The position numbers and the translations under genes are program-made. The notes under the pieces were generated by a model that did no database searches, was not told where the DNA came from, and saw only the letters and a list, made by a program, of their open reading frames with translations. Shown here piece after piece: positions 25,572 through 41,466 of a DNA stretch of 64,000 nt. The stretch is from Chrysomallon squamiferum (Eukaryota; Animalia; Mollusca), in NCBI GenBank assembly GCA_012295275.1, contig CM022675.1:10416001-10480000 (forward strand). The letters run 5' to 3'. The number at the start of each line of letters is the position of its first letter. Position 1 is the first letter of the stretch.

Positions 25572-28500
25572 CATATTTTTCACGTCGTAAACCATTCCCA
25601 CCTTATTTAAGTGTATAAAACAATACACATATTTTTTAGAACTTAGGTTCTGTATAAAAAAGCTGGAAGCTGACTTGTTCATGGGACCAGGATCTGAGCA
25701 TTCCTGCCTTTTTTACGTGTATAAATAGTACACTTTTGTACTTACGTTCAGTATAAGAAAAACTGGCATGATACTTAAATAATGGGATAGGAACCTGGAT
25801 CTTAATTTGTCTCACTTCATCTTGTCCAGTTGATATAATTGATCTGTGTTAAATGCTTGATCTGCATGCCTCTGCTCATAATTTACCTTTGTCACTGAAT
25901 GTATTGTAATACAGGACATTTCTTTTACAAATTACTCAATATGACATTGCTGGCAATTCTTAAAGGTTGTGCCTGTCATGGTCTACTGACAATAAACCAG
26001 GGGCAGTGTTCCTAAACACATAGTTTTTTTAGGTTTGTTTAGAGCACATGATTGAAATCTTTTTTTCTATGAGGCAGTAACAGATAAAAACAGTTAATTT
26101 GTTTTTCAGAGTACGATCCTGAATCTCTTCTTATATATAACCAGTTAGATCATTTTTTGTTTTTTTTATGTCGATATTGCTTTTATGGGACATTATCTAG
26201 GAATAAAACTTCAGTGCATTTTTACTGTAATAAAATATAATTTAGTCAGCAAAATACATATAAATTAACAGATCTGTTCACCAATTTGGTATTCAAATTA
26301 TGCATGCGTGCATGAAACATGCATTGAATGAGTAACAAAGAGAATAATGACAGTGATTCTGTTAGTTATGATGGACTTTAAATGACATTGTAAAGACAAA
26401 GAAACAACACTTTTAGCTCACAGCTGTTATGTTGCTGTTAGGACAATTTTAAAACATCATTATAATGCATCTGACATTTTTGGGAACATGGCTCCAGTTT
26501 ATCGGGTATGACTGGACAAGCTTTAAAATTGCACCCTATAGATTTCATATATTACAATATTAAAATAACAACTTAATGATGTTTCATTCCAATTTTTTGC
26601 TCATTACTAATACATTATTTAAACAGAGAATATATTTTTTTTTTAATAAATCTTTTAAAATATGTTACTTTTAACTTATGAAGTACAACCATGACATGTT
26701 TGATGTCATAACCTAATGAAATATTTCAGAATGTGCGTCGGGAATATATTTCTTGTTTTGGTTTAACATTTTAAATGTGTATTGAATGATGATTTCTTTT
26801 TAAATCTTGTGTTATACTGCTGTGCAATGAATATTATTTAAGTTTGAATGGGAGTAAACTTAATGGCATAATTTAACATTATTAATAAAAAAAAAAAATG
26901 TTGGCATTATTTCATATCAAAATCAGATTTCAGATGAGTTTGAAAACTGAATTTTGGGTGCTATGATTTGTTTTATTTTGTTTTCAAAATAATGACTGAA
27001 ATATTCTGGTGTTTGATTGCTCGTAGGTTACAAAAACAATTAGCTGCAAGACTCAATTTTTTTCTTTGGTAGTTATATTTAGTAATCAGAATGTGAAAAA
27101 ATTAAATTATCTTGATTTGTTATCTGATAATTTCAGTGCTGAAAATTCAAATCAACAGACAAGTTGAAAACTTGTATTTTGAAAGTTTTGGATTGTTGTT
27201 GATAAATTTGTGGATTTAAACTGAAAAAAAATAATAATAAAAAAAAAATACCAATGAAAATAAAAAGAATTGAAAAAAGAAATTTATAATTGTCATTTCA
27301 AAATCTTTCAAGTTATTTGCTATTGTGGTAGTAGTGTTCAGAGGGGAATGTAAGATTGGCTGGTACAAACTTGTGAAATTGTCTCCATCTTTCTTTTGAT
27401 ACAGCTATTAACATATCTTGTATTATCTTTTAAATACTACACTGAGTGTACCTGTAACAGTTTTTTGGTAATATTTTTCTTATCAAAAAACATAAGTAAG
27501 AGTTTGTTTCAAATTTGTGGTGTTGATACCTGTGAAGTATTATTAAAGATGCTGAACATATAATTTCTTTGGTTTTAGTTTCAAAAATATTTATGAAGTA
27601 ATTGTGATTACCTACTATCTTGTGTGGTAACTTGTAATTCAAGTGAAATAGGAAATATGGATTTATGAAAGAGAATGTTATAAAAATTATTTATTAAATT
27701 AACACCATTCACTGCCTTCTACCACTTAATCATTACTAAATATGGTTTTGTATTTTTATAATATTTTCTGTACCATTAATGCCTTGGGTAGTTTTGAGAA
27801 ATAAATAAGATCTACATAATTTAGATGAATCTTGACATTTTTTTAGCAACTCCAATAATATTGTGGAATATTTTCTTCCAGCCATCTGTGTTCAGTTTTA
27901 GTTCTATGCAAATTGTGTCTGAAGGTTTGCATGTGTTAACTACTTTTGTGATTAAAATGTATATATGACAACAAACAGTTTTATTTATTTTAAAAAATAA
28001 CTTATCATTTTATTTATTTATTTTTAAAACCAATTGTTGACAAAAAATGTTAGAATATAACAAAATTAACAAGAATAAAAACCAAAACTGCATGTAATTT
28101 TATGTAATGCAAATCTACTTCTATGGTAAAACTAAATAAAAAAATGTTTTACAAAAGTAATAATTATAAAAAATGTAAATTAAAGTAATTTATAAAATCT
28201 CTGGTACAACAATATGCAACTTTGAAAAATTACTCTAGCAATTTCTGATATTTTAAAATGTTAATAAATGAATGAATGAATAATAAAAAAAATATATATG
28301 TAAATAATTCAACAACCAAAATTTATTATTGAAAAGGTTTATTAATGAAAAAATATGAAAAAATATAAAATAGTAGATCTACATGGCACATGATTTATAC
28401 AAAAAAATTATTTACTTTGACACAAATGATAACAAATGGACGGATATTATTATCATACATATTTTCTTGTATGTAAGAAAAGAGATTCAATCAAATAAGT

Positions 28501-30498
28501 TAAATAAACTGAATAAAAATAATTCAGGAATTGTGAAATATTTTCATTAATGAAACCACAATATTTATCTGAACCATGTATATAAAAATTTATTGTTTAC
28601 ACTTGGAAATGAAATTAATTTTATCCAATGTATTAATATTTGGCTGTTACCATTCAAGGGAATCAACATGGAAGATTTATGCAGTTTACTGGAGAAATTA
28701 ATGAACTGATGTCACAAGAAAACAAATTGTATCTTATTATACTTGACTGAATTGTTTTAGTTAATGCACATAAATCTGGCAATCACAATAAATAATAGTT
28801 GAATCAAAAAATCAATGTAAAACTATTTCTTATAAGTGCACTTTACTTAATAACATGAATCAAAAACGCCCTGAGACAACTGCAAGTAATGTGGATTTTT
28901 TGTTGCATAAATAAGTTGAAAGAAAAATGAAAAGAAACCCAACCATTTAGAAATATATGAAATACAGTTACATACAAAGTATACACTTTAATCTATTTCA
29001 AATTAAATAGACGAGATTTTTAAAGCAAAAAATGATGAATGGAACTTGTAAAACCATTCCTCCCATTACTAACCACTGATATTTGACTGTGGTTTTTATT
29101 TGATTTCAAATATATTTTCTTTATCATTACAACAGACAAATATACATATAAAATAAAAAAAAAATAAAAAATGACAAACAAAAATATAAAATAATAAAAA
29201 GTAAAAAAAGTAAAATTTTACTTAAGTAAAATTAAAACAGATAAAAATCTGATTTATTCATTAATATAAGATGCTGCCATGTTACAATTAAATTATTATA
29301 AATTTAAGTTCAGTTCACACAAATTCATGTTAGAAATAAAATATTGGTATGTATTCACAATAATAATAACAATAAATAAATAAATAAAATAAAAGTCCAT
29401 ATATATATATATATATATATATATGAAAAATAATAGTATTATTCCATATATTCAAATAAATTAAGATAAACTTACTTCAGACAATACTGACTGGGCCTTT
29501 TCAGTAAACTTTGGCTTTCTGTCTACTGCTAATGACATCTGATACATGAAAAATCTAGGAGATGCAAGCACTCAGATACTGAAACCTTCCTTTATTTACT
29601 TATCTGTCTTTCTAACCACAACTCTGAACTGTTCACACAATTGAATAAATAACCAGTCACTTCTTTTAAGCTGCCATTTTGTGATAAAATACAGAAGTTA
29701 CAAAAGCAAAATTTTCCTAATTTCATGTGCCTGAATACCAAACAAACCATCAATGTTTATTTCTAAACCTGGTTTGGTTACATGATTAAGAACATATAAT
29801 AATATTAATATCATGAATTTAAAAACAATTTGGTACATGCATTCTATTCTGATTTTACATTCTGTACAATCTAGAAATACCAAAGAAATTTGTCAATTTT
29901 GTTTGCATCATAAATAAAAAAATACTTTTCTCTATTTTATTCAAATTAACAAAAATAAAAATAAAATAAATATCTATTTGTATATAAATAAAAGTGTTTC
30001 TACAGTCATCAGTTTGACCACATGTTTATTTGACTACTTCTAAAATCTAGTTAGACTATGACCCACTGACTATAATCTCTCCACAGCTATTTATGTCTGA
30101 CTCCGGTTATGACAGAAATATAATAAAACTTACTACCGCTATTATGATGAGGTATAAATATCTGACTCATAGGTATGTTTACAAGAACTGTGGAAACCCC
30201 TTCTAGGAACTGAGGAAGACTGATCCATGAAAAATTCAGGAATAACCATACAAAAAAATCATGTATACCAGTTTCTGATCAAAATAACCACAGCACATTC
30301 TTGTGTACCTATTTCTGATAAACAAAATTTTGGAGGATCATTTGATGAATCAATAATACCTGTCAAGGTATTAAAGAAGATCCAGTGATGAATATCCTTC
30401 TAGGAATTTAGGAATGTACCAGTTGGTGAATTCATGAAAAACCCATTCAAGAACATCATTGAAAATATTCATGAATCAGATTCTGAATTCAGATGAAT

Positions 30499-32860
30499 TC
30501 AGCAAGACAACATTTTTAGTGCACGTACTGCAGGCAACACTTGATCAACTCTTTCAATTTCTGAAGAAAAAAACAAAAAAACATCATAAATATCTATAAA
30601 AAGATTAAATAATCAATCAACTCTGTAAACAAAAATTAATAAAGACCAACTCTTCCAATTTTTATAAAATAAAATTTTAAAAAAAAAATATTAAAAATAT
30701 TAAAAATAAATCGTTTTACATAATTAATCAGCTTTATTACAGTAATTAATAATAAAATTGGAAAGGGTTATTATCTGTAATATATTTGAAGTTCAATGTT
30801 TGTTAAAAACAGAATATATATGAAGTTTAATCTTTGTTCAAAGCAGAATATATTTGAATTTTAATCTTTGTCAAAAAACATGTGAAAAGCTCATATGATC
30901 TTTTTCATAATCTGTGATAACTTCAAAAATTCACAACAATATCCTGGACATTCAGTACTGATTAATTAACTATGAAATAATTTCTTACCAATAACTGATA
31001 CCTAATACATATAAATGTTTTTTGAATGTAAAAGTGAAACAGAAACAAATATGAATTATAGTAAATCTTTTTTAAACACAAATATTTACAGAAAAAAATA
31101 AATCTATGAGCACATAATAACATTAAGGACATAGCACAGAATACAATATCTCAATTCCATTTTATATTTTAAATTATATTTGCTCTTAAAATATTATTAA
31201 CGAACCTAAAATTTCCATCAGTTTCACCATGATCTGTTTAAAAGCTGGAAAGAATTGGGCATGTTCATCCAGTCTTCTGATAACCCTAAAAATAAATCAT
31301 GAAAATAATATTAAAATTCACAACTTCTATTTATAGTGTGAAAGAGGCCATCACTAAACACTTTATATTAAACCCGACTGGTATTTTTGATCTGATTTTG
31401 TGGTAAAGTTGTCTGAAAAAGGGGTGCAGTTTCAGATTAAAATAATAAAATAAAATAAAATTAATAATTAAAGAAGAGAAATGTTATTTATTTTTAACTT
31501 TTTAAACTTTTTTTTATAATAGCCTAAAAATTAAAATCAGAAAAAGAAAAGGCAATCTAAAAAATTTTGTAACAGAAATAACTGAAATCTTTTTGAACAA
31601 AATGCCCATTTTTTAAATTTATTATAATAGCCCTAAAAATACATCTAAAAGAAAAACAAAAACAATCTTAAAAATTTTATTTTGGAATTTTAGAACAAAT
31701 TGTCTGTATTTTTAGCTACCCTATAAATTGAACAATTGAAATAAGGCAACACTATAAAATTTTATTTTACAATTTAAAAAAGAAAATAAACTTCAGCTTA
31801 CCCATCTAAATCATTAGTCTGAAGAAGTTGTTGAAGTTGTTTTATAGTTGTTGTGTTGTGTGACTCACACAGGCGACCTACAGCATCAACAACCTTGGCA
31901 CAGTTGACATCTTCCGCTGCAACAACAAAATATAAATTACCTTTATTATTATTTTAATTTAAATAGTTTCAGAAGAATGAATGAATAAATGTTTAACTTT
32001 CAAATTATATAATAAACTAGTAAATAGTATACCTTAATTTTTTCAAACTGTTTAATAAGCTAGTAAATACTGTAACTTAATTCTTTCAAACTATATAACC
32101 AGTGGTATGAACAAATAATGAATCTATACACTTGTTTTTATTTTGTAAACCTAAGCCATTTATTTATTATTTATAACTTTTCTGAAAATCAACCTTAGAT
32201 AACACAAAGCCAAGTTTTTCTTGTTATCTTTATCATTTTATAAATGCAAAATTAGACAAATATTGGCTATTGCTAGTAAATAATATTAAATGTCAAAAAG
32301 CCAATGACTTCACATTTCTTTTACCAGTTTATAAATATAAAATAATATAAATGTCAAACATTTTACTAATAAATAATATTAAATTTCAAAAACCTGGCAA
32401 CTTGTTCTTCTCTTTATCAATTTATTGATATAAAAGTTACACTTACGCAGTCCTAGGAGATTTTTCAGGGTGTGGATGACGTTGTAAACCTCTCCCAGCT
32501 TGGTGTAGACTTCATTCATTCGAGGATAGATGCCCTCAGATGCTGGCACATCAAACAGGGTCTGGAAGTGACTTATAATGTTTTCCATTTGAGTTCGACT
32601 CAGCTGTTCACTGGTGTGTCTCTGTGTCAAGATGAAATAAGATGAAAAATAAACAAATTAATAAAATAATAAAAAATAATATTTTCTATTTTAAAAAAAT
32701 AGAAAAAGAATCCCTCTTGTAAAGAAATGTAATTTAATGATAAAAAAAATTAATAAACAAAATTTGTAATAAAAAAATAAGAAGCTAAAAGAAATATGAA
32801 GATAATGTAAGTAAGTAAATAAATAATTAGAGGAAAAATCTTTTGTATTTAATTGAAATG

Positions 32861-32921
<61 letters not shown>

Positions 32922-34414
32922 TATTAATAAACAACAACAACAAAATCAGTATGAGTTTTGGCAGAATACCACTGAAAAAACATTAAGGTCTATTTTAAGA
33001 GCCACTCATATAAACAGATAAAATAAACTTTATAATAAATAAAAACAGTAACCTTTCTGACAGCTCCTCTCTCTTCAAATGCCAAACTGTCCAACAAGTT
33101 GACCATCTGACACACAGAGTGGTCCTCTGTGAAGTGGACTTTAGCCCAGGGAGCCAGATTGTTCACAATGGTGTTTATCACTCTCTGCAGATCCTAGAAA
33201 CACACAACAAATTAACACAATGAATGTTTATGTATTTAAACTTTTCATTATTGAGGTAGTAGATATTGGTTTTTTTTGTATTATAATCAATGCATGTAAA
33301 CACATCTGATCTGATTTCTGTTAGATTTAAACAAAACAGTGTACATTTAACGACACTCTAACGCCATCATTTTCATATTAAAATGTTTTTAACAACAATA
33401 TATTATAAAATTTAATATTCATTTAATTATTTAAACAATTATTTAACATTAAAAGTTTTGAGTGAGGCACAGTTTCAGAAATGGACTGATAAGAAATAAA
33501 ACTGCACAAACCTGTAAACCAGCGATGTCTTGTTTCCAGTTTTCTAGGATTTCCAAGTCGCACTGCAGGTGCCTCTCAGAAAGGGTGTGGCGTTTTGGGT
33601 TGGGTCGTTTACTTCTGCTGTGGCTCTGAACATTCTGAACAATTTCGTGAATTCTTCTGCAAAACTGTTTTAAAATAAAGAAAGATAAAATAAAAGTTTT
33701 AACAAGAAAAGAAGATAAAAATAAAAATAAAAAAAAAATAAAAAAGGGAAACATGAAAGGGGGATAAAATAAAATTCAAAATTTAAAAAAAATAAAGGAA
33801 AAAAACAACAGCAAAGAAATAAAAAATTAAATAAAAATTAATCAGCAAAAAAAAATATGTTACCAAATAAAGTAAAACCAAGCTTGAACTTTTGTTTTTA
33901 AAATTAAACCAATTAATGATATTACTATATCACATTATTCATTTTCTCTCTTTGCCTCTTAGATACCAAACATTTAACATTTCTGACATATAATATCAAA
34001 TTATTCTTTCATTAAAAGAATACCTGTTTAACAATTATATTCACATGGCTAGGAAATATTAAATATTTTATCATGTGAAATAAAATAATAATACAAGTAC
34101 CTCTTCATACATTCCACCATTTTTCACATCATCTTTAAGATCCTGAAGATATGGAATGATTTTATTTACATCATCCAGTGACAACTCTGTGCAGATTCCC
34201 TGAAATGTCAGATGTTTGTCTTAATTAAATTTATCACTAAATTCAAATGTATAAATGAATATTCATTTAACAACAAATAATAATAAAATATTAAAACATA
34301 TCCATCATCTGATTTCAAACATAATATTTTGTAATAATTAATTCTGAGAGAGAAAATAACTTTTGCCATTTTGTACATAGACTTTTTATATATTAGCATT
34401 AATGTACATTCTCA

Positions 34415-34501
<87 letters not shown>

Positions 34502-35302
34502 CATTTTGTGACAGTATAAATTTAAATAAATTCATACAAATCAACAAAACCTTTAAAAACCGATGACAGCAGTCCAAGGGGAGAGAATCCAGTTCTTCTG
34601 CTCTTGTAGAATAATTTCTTCTCAGCCTGTATGGATCTTTTTGCAGTTTTTCACCTGGGATACTGAAAAGTTAACAACATACAGAAATAATGTTGAACAT
34701 TGGAATGAAAGAACTGGAGCAAGAACTTCAGGTACAAATAACACATTTTTGTACATTTGAATTGTATGAACAGAAATAATATAACAAATGAATGAAAAAG
34801 TAAAATAAATTTAAAAAATTTTTAAAATTATAAAATAAAATAAAACAAAAAATAAATTAAAAATAAATCAAACTTACAAGGCATATAGGTCTTTTTGTAT
34901 GTTTAAAGCTTCATTTTTATAAATATGTACAGGAATATTTAATACAATGTGTGTATCTTAAATGGTTTTTTTTTTTTAAACATTTATCTTATAAATATAT
35001 TATTTAAAGCCAATCCGTTAAATGCTTGATATGGGAAAATCACAAAAAGTGTGTCAACAATTAAAAAATCATTTTAAACAAAACATTTATATTGCTTAGT
35101 ATTTTTAACTGTAATTATGTATGTTTGAAATGAATGGACAGAAAATACTGTAAGTTCATCAAGAATAATAACCTAGGAAAGTATTGTAATGATGATTAAT
35201 GTTAAGTTTCTTAATAAATTAAATATTTGTAAATAAATTTAGACAATTAGTATATTTACCCAACTCATTAAAACATAAATCATTAGTGTATCATCTTTCG
35301 AA

Positions 35303-35345
<43 letters not shown>

Positions 35346-35607
35346 TCTATCCAATTTTATGAATCTTTTCAACAAACATTAATAAAAAAATGTATTGTTC
35401 TCGAAAACAAAAACAGAATTAAAAACAACATAAAAAATATAACAATAAATAAAAGAATAAATATGTTATGAAAATGTTTATTACAAAGCCAGAAAAATAT
35501 GCCTGGTTTTTAGATAAATTTTAAAACTTTGCATATTTATTTATTATTTGTATTCATTTATAATATTGTAATCATCTTCCATTGTCAATTTAAAAGCTTT
35601 GAATAAG

Positions 35608-35640
<33 letters not shown>

Positions 35641-36686
35641 AAGCTAGCTTTCAAACATAATTTTCTTACATTAATTGCCACCTTTAATTAACAAAAAAGG
35701 TAGACAAATTTTGTAAAACAAAACAAAATAAAAAACTGTAAGAAAATAAAAAACAACAATTATAAACATGAATACTTACTAACCAAAAAAATGGATTATA
35801 CGAGTAAGATCTTAGACAAAAAGAAAACATGTTAAAGGCTTTTTCATTAAATTCATAACTGTTTAAAATAAAGATGCTGTTTTTAAAATACATTATTATC
35901 AGCTTTCAATTGTAACATTTTAAAACATGTATTGTTAATAAATGAAATTACCATAATGATTATTTATTTAAGCATTATTTCTCTTTTCCTAGGTTAAAGA
36001 AATTATAACAAATAAAAATTCAAGAATTTCACTTTTTTTTAAATTTTGAAATTTGAATGTTTCTCTGTACACATAATCAAACCATCTTTCCTCCCAACAG
36101 TTTAAGTGTTTTCATTAATTTAAAAATAAATATTTACTTTTCATTCTTATTCTAATGAAAATAATAATCGCATATCTTTCTCCCTAACACTTTCAGTTTC
36201 TTTAATTAATTTAAAAAATAACTCTTTATTTTTCATTCATCTCTTCTAATGAATAGAATATGCCAAAAATAATCCTACCTGATGTTATGTTGAGCTAAGA
36301 GCTTTTCTAACTTCTTCATCCTAAGGTCTGTTCTTCTATATTCTTTTATATCTGTTCTGTAATTACATTTTTAAAAATTAGATTATATTGTGTTCCAGCC
36401 ATATTACCTTTACATAACAGTCGATATATTATTTTTATGTAACAGTTGATACAAAAATGTATGGAAATGTTATAAGTTAAACATTAGACACCTTAGAGTA
36501 TTTACGTTTATCTGAAATTTAGTTTGCTGTAGTTGTTAATTTGTTAATATGTTTGTATTTGTGTGTGTGTGTGTATTTATATATGTTTGCTCATATTCAA
36601 CAATGTAACGTATATATGTAGTGTAGCTATATGTATGTTTGTGTGTGTGTTTCTTTATGTGTGTTTGCTTACATGCTTGGAGGTAA

Positions 36687-36726
<40 letters not shown>

Positions 36727-39700
36727 TGAGGTTATAAAACTTAAGACAGACATAACTGAGACCATTCAAGCTAGCACAGTGAGGTTTGATTCACACATAC
36801 TTTATAATCAATAACTTACTTTCCTCCCAGCTCTAGTAAAAGATTTTCTTTCTCTTGTTCCAGCAAGTTCATTCGCTTCTGACACTCGTGCAACTGTTTC
36901 TCATAGGTCTGTGAACAAAAACAACTTTACTGTTAATTTAAACCCAACAGAATAATTTTTTTAAAAATCAACAAAATAATAAAACTTCTACTGTGAAGAA
37001 AACGCCTGAAAATAGTGATTTGTAATATTTAAAATGGAGAATTGAGAAACAGACTGATCAAGAATTGTATAAAAATGAGGCCTAGACAGATATGCTGAGG
37101 ATTTTGTACAAGCTGGTTATTTTATTAAATGTAATTTTCAAATGATGTTCAGTCAATGTTTTGTTTATGTGTGAGTGTATCACTATATGAGTTCTTATGG
37201 ATTTTCTAATGAAATCAAGTGAATGTTCTGTTTCTGCTGTGGTTGTTTATTAAAATCGTCCTAATCGGCTATATAGTATTTAAATAAAGCTGATCTCAAT
37301 TCAAGATGAAATGTAAAAATCTGAATTTGGTACACCTAACAATATATAATTATCTATTTGTATCAAAACATTTGGAAATTTAAGTTATTTAAATGATGTT
37401 TAGTTTACCTTTATGAGTCCTTTTATGTTACTTGAGGCATCAGAATGATGAGGAAAAAACTCATCATCATAGAAGGAAGAAGATGATTGTTCTCCTTTTC
37501 TGAAAACAATTATTGATCAACTTGATTATAATAAAATAAAAGCAAAATCAGTATGATCAAGAATTATTTTGTCTGTTAAAAAATATATAGATCAAATTTA
37601 TAATGAGTGTTAATTTTAAACCCTTGGGTTTAATCATTAAAAATATATTATGTACTACACACAACTGCTAATCCTAAACACGTTTAGTGAATTTTGCTCC
37701 AAAAATCGGTGTGAAGTAAGTTTGATATGGTGTACTAAATTGTTTATGTAAGTAACATTAACACATACACATTTAAATCAGTTTAAACCTTTTTCTTAAG
37801 CAGAATAAAAATTTTGCATTTACCCTTGTTACAAAAAGCGAAGAAAAGAAACAAATTATGTGGTATAACATTAGATTTTTATGATTATGTACTTAATGTA
37901 TATATTTGTTTGTTAAATATTGGACAAACACATCTATTACACTAAATACACAGACTTACTTGTATTTTTCCAGCTCTTTCTGAAGTGAACAGACTTGTCT
38001 CTCATAGGAGTCAATTACATCCAGTAACCTGCAACAGATCTAGAGTCAGTGATCTGGACTGTGTGTGTCAAATTATCCTGAGAAGAATTAAACATAACCA
38101 AACATATCCTAGATAAACTTTAATGTGCTTATATTTGGTGAGCAAATCCATATATGAGGTAAGCGACTAAAACAAAAAATTCTGTTTATTCTAAATAGTT
38201 ATGTAATACATGGTAACCAACTCATATAAAAAAAAAGCTTTCTAAAAAACATTTACATTAAGAAATGTTTTCACTCCATAAAGTTTTTCAAGTTGAACTG
38301 AGTACTGAAACTGCATGAATGTGTCTGTTTATACAGTAAACAAAACAGTCTCCTTTATAAACCACTTCATCGACAGATTAAAATACATTAAACATGTTTT
38401 GTCCAACTGATGGCAATGACTAGAACTAGCCAGTTGTGTGCATTACTGAGAAAAACAAATTCAGCACTCTGTCATGCTTTATGCAAATTAAAATGAACTG
38501 AGAATTTAAGAATGAAGTTAGAGTTTGGAAGGTAGTTGAGTGTGATATAAAACATACTTTTCATCCATGGCACTGTGAGCTTTGGCTGTTCTCTTTCTGA
38601 ACTCCTGAAAAACATGGTTCTGTCGACACTGACGCTTGTTTTCCTGCAACAACAACAAGTCAAAACATTCACTTGTTCATTTTCAATTTAAGATAATACA
38701 AGAATAAAATAAAAATAAATTTAAAAAATGAAATAAAATATATTAAAAAAAATAACAATAATAATAATAATAATAATGATTTAAAAAAAAAATTGAAAAA
38801 TAATTCCTTTAAAAGAAAAGTGTATTGTCAGTTTGTTTTCTTAACTTTTATCTATGATACAATATAATCCATGCCTCCATGCATCGTCATGAACTTGTAT
38901 TATTAGTGTTTATTTTATTATTAGCAAAGACTGGTAACAAATAAACTGATCATTTGGAAATATGAGAAAAATAAAAATGAAGTTCATTTTTGATTCTATT
39001 AAAAACATAATTAAACATGTCTTTTAAAAACACATTTATTTACTGGAATAAGTTTCATTCAATGCAATTCATTTTAGTTCTATTTGCTGCATTAACCTTT
39101 ATATAAATTCAGATCTAATTATAGTGTTATTTGAAACATTAAAATATCTATTGAAAAAAAAGGAATATATATATATATTTTTACATCTTCACATAGTTTA
39201 TGTATTTTTCTCTGCAACATGTCAATCTGGAGATTCTTTTCTTTCAGCTGCAGTTCAAATTTTTTTTTCAGACATTCGGGTGAATCGTTCTTCTCCGAGT
39301 GCTGATTGTTTAGTAACAGCGACGAAGATTTCTCAAGTTCGTTTTCAAGTTCCTAAATCAAAATATTAAAACAGCATTGTTAATAATTATTATTACTGAT
39401 GTCTCTTTAAAAGGAATTTAAAAGATATTTATATGACAAATCAAAATTTTATTATTTAAAAAAGATTGTTATTTAATTATAAATGGCTGGTATGCAGAAT
39501 TAATTTAAACTTATTCATAGTTTAAAATAATGTTATTTTATTCCTCTTAGAAAACATTAGGTAAAGCATATTAAAAAGAAAACATTTAAATTTGAAGATA
39601 GTTTAGAGACAAATTTAATAAATTCAGTTCTGGGTGTAAAATCATTCAAATACCTTCACTCTTGCTCGTGAACATTCAAGCATAATTTTCAGGTCTTTGA

Positions 39701-41422
39701 TTTTGGTTTTGTATTTATTCTGCACGGAAGCATCACTCCCTCTGAGACAAAAAAAATTAAAAATAAATAAATCATCTATTCACAATTTTATTGAGTAATA
39801 CTAATACACATAAATTATGATTTAAATAAATTCTATGTACTTTCAAAAGATTGCTCCATTTCATCTTCATGTCAGCATTTTCTTGTGACAGTTTAGCCGT
39901 AAAACAACAGACTTTAAGAACATTTAAAAGGCTAAGAACTATAGTCTTTATATACATAAAAAATCATTTACTTTTAAACAACATAACAGAAGTTGCCATA
40001 ATCCTGTGTATTGTTAAAGATTATTATCATATAACAAGTTTGTTTTATTTTTGTCTTTTTATCAAAGGTTTGTACCTGTAACTTAAAATAGTATTAACTA
40101 TTTTGATTCATCCAGACTATATTTAGACTATTTGTTTATTTCACCAAGTATACGATTAATATTATAATTTCAATTATCTTGAGATGTCCGTGCATTATTA
40201 AAATGTGAGTGTATTCAACTGATTATCCTAAATTTTAGACATGGCACCTCAGCTTTTAATAATATTAGAATGGATTAATAACTATATATTTAGAAACTAC
40301 AGGAATTGTCTTATAAAGAATTTTGAGAAAATACAGAGAAGCACTCACTGCATGAGAGAATTCAGAGTTTCTCTTAATGATTCACTGGTTGCTAGATCAA
40401 AACAGACAACTCGATCTGTAAAAATAAAACAGATATATAAAGAGAGAGAGAGAGAGATACATATATATATATATATAGATATAACTGTCCAGATATATAA
40501 TGTTGGATAAACTGATAACTTTGTTTAACATCACATAAACAGAAAATATATCTGTCTGTTTGTAAACATGTTTACACAGACAGACAGGTATTTTTAAAAT
40601 AAAGTGAGAAATGTGTTTTGCTCACCAGTACAAAGATTGACATCCTCTGGATGTAGCAACTTCACTTTAGGAAATCCATTACATCGAAGTCGACGGTTAA
40701 CTTCTGCCCATTCTTTGACTTCACTCTGTTAATATAAATATAAATATAATTATAATTATATTGCTACTCTGACTGCATAAATTGTTTAACATTTGGATGT
40801 GAGCACACACACATACAAATCCACAGAGTTATCATTTAACATTTGTTATGAAACATTATTTCAATATATCTATTTTGTTATTTTCATTAATTTTTATTAA
40901 TAATATTTTCAATAATAATTTTCTTCATACTACATATTACTTTGAATATCCCAAAATCATTAGCATGTGTATTAAAAAGTTCTGGATTAGCTTACTAATT
41001 AATGTTTGAATTGCACACTGAACCACAATATATTGTCCAGTATGTAACACCTTATCAAAAATCTTATCACATTAATAAATTGCACTGACTTGCAAAGGTA
41101 ACAGAAATTATCTGATAGCCTGTAATGTTTTGAATGTTTTCCACCCATGATTTACATTTTTTAAACTTTTTTTTTTGTTTGTTTATTATTTAAAAATGTG
41201 GAAATGCTAATTATTATTTTGACATAATTAACTACACATATTAAAATTTGGTTTAAATATTAATGGATAAAATCATTGATATTATCTTCTACACTGAGGT
41301 CTGAAAGAAAATGAAAATTACCTCAAATGATGTCAGCTCATTGTCTTCATCAGGAAATAGCAAAACATCAAGCAAAGGTATTTTGGATCCTTGAACATCC
41401 TGTTATTTAAAAAAAGAAAAGA

Positions 41423-41466
<44 letters not shown>

